A DNA stretch of 64,000 bases, from the NCBI GenBank assembly GCA_002633005.1, contig NMRA01000003.1, positions 1,474,181 through 1,538,180 of the forward strand. The letters run 5' to 3'. Within the stretch, counting starts at the first letter, position 1, and the number at the start of each line of letters is the position of its first letter. This stretch comes from Phoronis australis (Eukaryota > Animalia > Phoronida). The position numbers and the translations under genes are program-made. Positions 61,801 to 64,000 of this stretch are shown one piece after another. Under the pieces are notes generated by a model, which saw only the letters and a list, made by a program, of their open reading frames with translations, had not been told where the DNA came from and did not search any database.

Positions 61801-62260
61801 CAGATGCTGTTCCAAATAATCCCAGGATACCGTATATACGCGTGTGTAGGCCCATGCCTCTGTATCCGAAGTAACAAGTTTTCAACGATTTTTTTCTATT
61901 CAAGCGTTTCACACATAGGCGCATGCGACTAAGTTTCATTTATACGTGCAGGTGACTATCCTTGTCTTAATCGGGCGTGGGTGAATTTGTGTGTTTTTGT
62001 CCGTTTCATTTAAAAGTTAAATTAAATGTTAATTTTGTATACACGTCAACGTCTACCATTTTGGAACGGAAAAGTCAAGTTTTGCATAATTTAGGAATTC
62101 GTTCCAAGTTTTTCACGTATTGGCGAAGTTTCACGTATAAGCGTATGGACCTAAACACGCGCAAGCGGTAGATGGAAATGAGTAAGACAAGTGTAAATGT
62201 GTGCACGAAATGACTAAAGAGTATGTAAAAGTATCGAGACAGCCATTGACGTATATTGTA

Positions 62261-62603
62261 GGCCAAGTGCGACATAAGTCCGATTTATTACTGCAATAAT
62301 TCGCGATTTATTCCAGTAATAATATTGTAGCCAACCAGAAGCCAAGAATAATTACTCTGATAAATATACATTACTGTAATTGATATTTGTTCCAGTAAAA
62401 ATAATAAATGTTTATTACTGGAATAAATCAACTAATCAGATGCCAGGAATAGTTATTGTAATAAATATTCATTTCTTGAATAAATATTAATTACAGTAAT
62501 AAAAATTTATTACAGTAATTATTTCTGGCTTCTGATTGGCTAAAGAGCTATTGTTGGAATAAATTGCGAACTTTAATAAATAGGACTTATGTCGCCCTTG
62601 GCC
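62261..62603. mobile_element. 343-bp foldback MITE
   Basis: TA|GGCCAAGTGCGACATAAGTCC...GGACTTATGTCGCCCTTGGCC|TA; the arms are inverted over more than 100 bp. Confidence 0.85.
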
Positions 62604-63353
62604 TACCATAGGCGTAGGTGTGAGCGTCGGTAGTGATGAGAATGTGTGATAATGTATGGGGAGAGTTTCCAAGTGTTCACCTTGTGTTGCCGTCTCTGTG
62701 ATTGAAAGTCCTTCTTAATGCGACTGTGAGAGAAGATGGTTGAAATGTTGTCTCATTATATGACCAAAAGCAGTCGTACAGTGGAAAAACATTCAAATAC
62801 TCACGTTGCCATCAAATCAAGTTTCTTTTCAGCGTTGTTAGCTAACTTCCGTTTAACTTTGAGATATTCTATGTAATTACTTTCCAGTGGGTTCCGCGTC
62901 ATTATTTCAGACAAAACTGAATTCAACATTTTGTTAATGCGTTTGGTTTTCCTGGAAATACGCAATTCACACAATAAAACCTTCATTCTTGCAATCTCCT
63001 TCCATGAAATCCAAGTTTTACCACATTTCCACGATGACACAATTTTGGTCCCTCGTAAAGGTCGATGTTTTTCTTTTTAAAGCAGTGAAGAACTGTCTGC
63101 CTGTCGTCAGGGGGTCAGATTTCGCAACACTTATCCCAACGACGACATGACAACAACAGAAACAATCCACGTGATCAAACGAAGAAATACTCTACTAGAA
63201 AGTGTACTTTGGTCATCATAGACCGTTTAAGGTGTGAGCAAATTTTTTTTAAATCGTATGGTCATTGGGACAATTGTTGCGACATCTGCCTCCATATGAC
63301 AGACAGTACGACAATCAAAAACTGACGATTAAACTGGAAAGGTTAAAAGTTAA

Positions 63354-63587
63354 AGAGGCCTGAATCGCGATAAACAGGCTAAATCGTAACATTGAAAGTG
63401 GTTCTCTGCCACTAAAACAGAAGTCAACCTGCTCACCAGGTATTTTCAGGGTTTGTTCGTAAATAGTTTTAGTTTCTGTTGATTTACAAAGCGTTTTCTT
63501 TTAGTTTCAAATTTCAAAAAAAAACGATCTGTCAACTGCTCGCCACTTCGTCTATTTTTCTCCCACAAGGCAAAGCAAGTCTCCTTA
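63354..63587 (-). mobile_element. Kolobok-like MITE copy (41404 family) interrupted by Academ
   Basis: TTAA|AGAGGCCTGAAT; reverse-complement homology to about 41725-41942, ending abruptly at the Academ terminus. Confidence 0.7.
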
Positions 63588-64000
63588 TAGACCGGCAGCC
63601 CAGAGCACTTAGCATAGATGAACGAGGTACCAACATCTGACCACGGGAGCATTTAAAGTCCACCTCAGTATGTACAGAAATGGACGTCTGCCGTTGTCTG
63701 CACTCTGGGTGTGACCCCTGGGGGCCTTACAAACAGCCCAAAAAACGAGCTAGACTAGATATTCGAGGTACCAACCAAAACTGATTCAAAACGAATAATA
63801 GTACCGCACTGAACACCGAATGACCCATGACAGACAAATTGCACTCTGGAATGGGTCCGGCAGAAACCAAAAAAGGACCCCCCAAAAATGAGCTAGCACA
63901 TACATTCGAGGTACCACACAAAACCAATTCCATATGATTCAATACATGTCACAGGTCACTAAAACCCCTATGACAGACAAATTACACTCTGGGTTGTGCC
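63588..64000. mobile_element. Academ TIR of a second insertion, running off the window
   Basis: Begins TAGACCGGCAGCCCAGAGCACTTAGCATAG and is nearly identical to 29129-29498. Confidence 0.9.

Overview
AT-rich, repeat-dense eukaryotic genomic DNA, most likely from an invertebrate animal (short-read assembly with single Ns and N-runs); not prokaryotic. The only confidently identified host gene is the mitochondrial NAD+ carrier SLC25A51/MCART1 (+ strand, one coding exon about 46842-47729, probable 5' exon near 39.5 kb). Most other recognisable sequence is decayed transposable elements. These are three abutting LINEs (LOA-like RNase H, CR1/L2-group RT, Jockey-like gag-APE-RT), a LOA-like RT fragment, several TTAA-flanked Kolobok elements with THAP remnants, Academ elements (one nested in a TA-flanked MITE), a piggyBac transposase remnant, two Helentron-type HINEs, an SGNH-hydrolase remnant and several MITE families. 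The most interesting leads are about 30-bp CATAGA...CTATG palindromes resembling P-element excision footprints, a Penelope-type minimal hammerhead ribozyme, a 36-bp-stem hairpin, a compact Kolobok unit with two convergent gene starts, and a Tudor-knot pseudo-exon. I found no clearly new intact multi-gene system. All family assignments come from motif recognition by eye, not from database searches.
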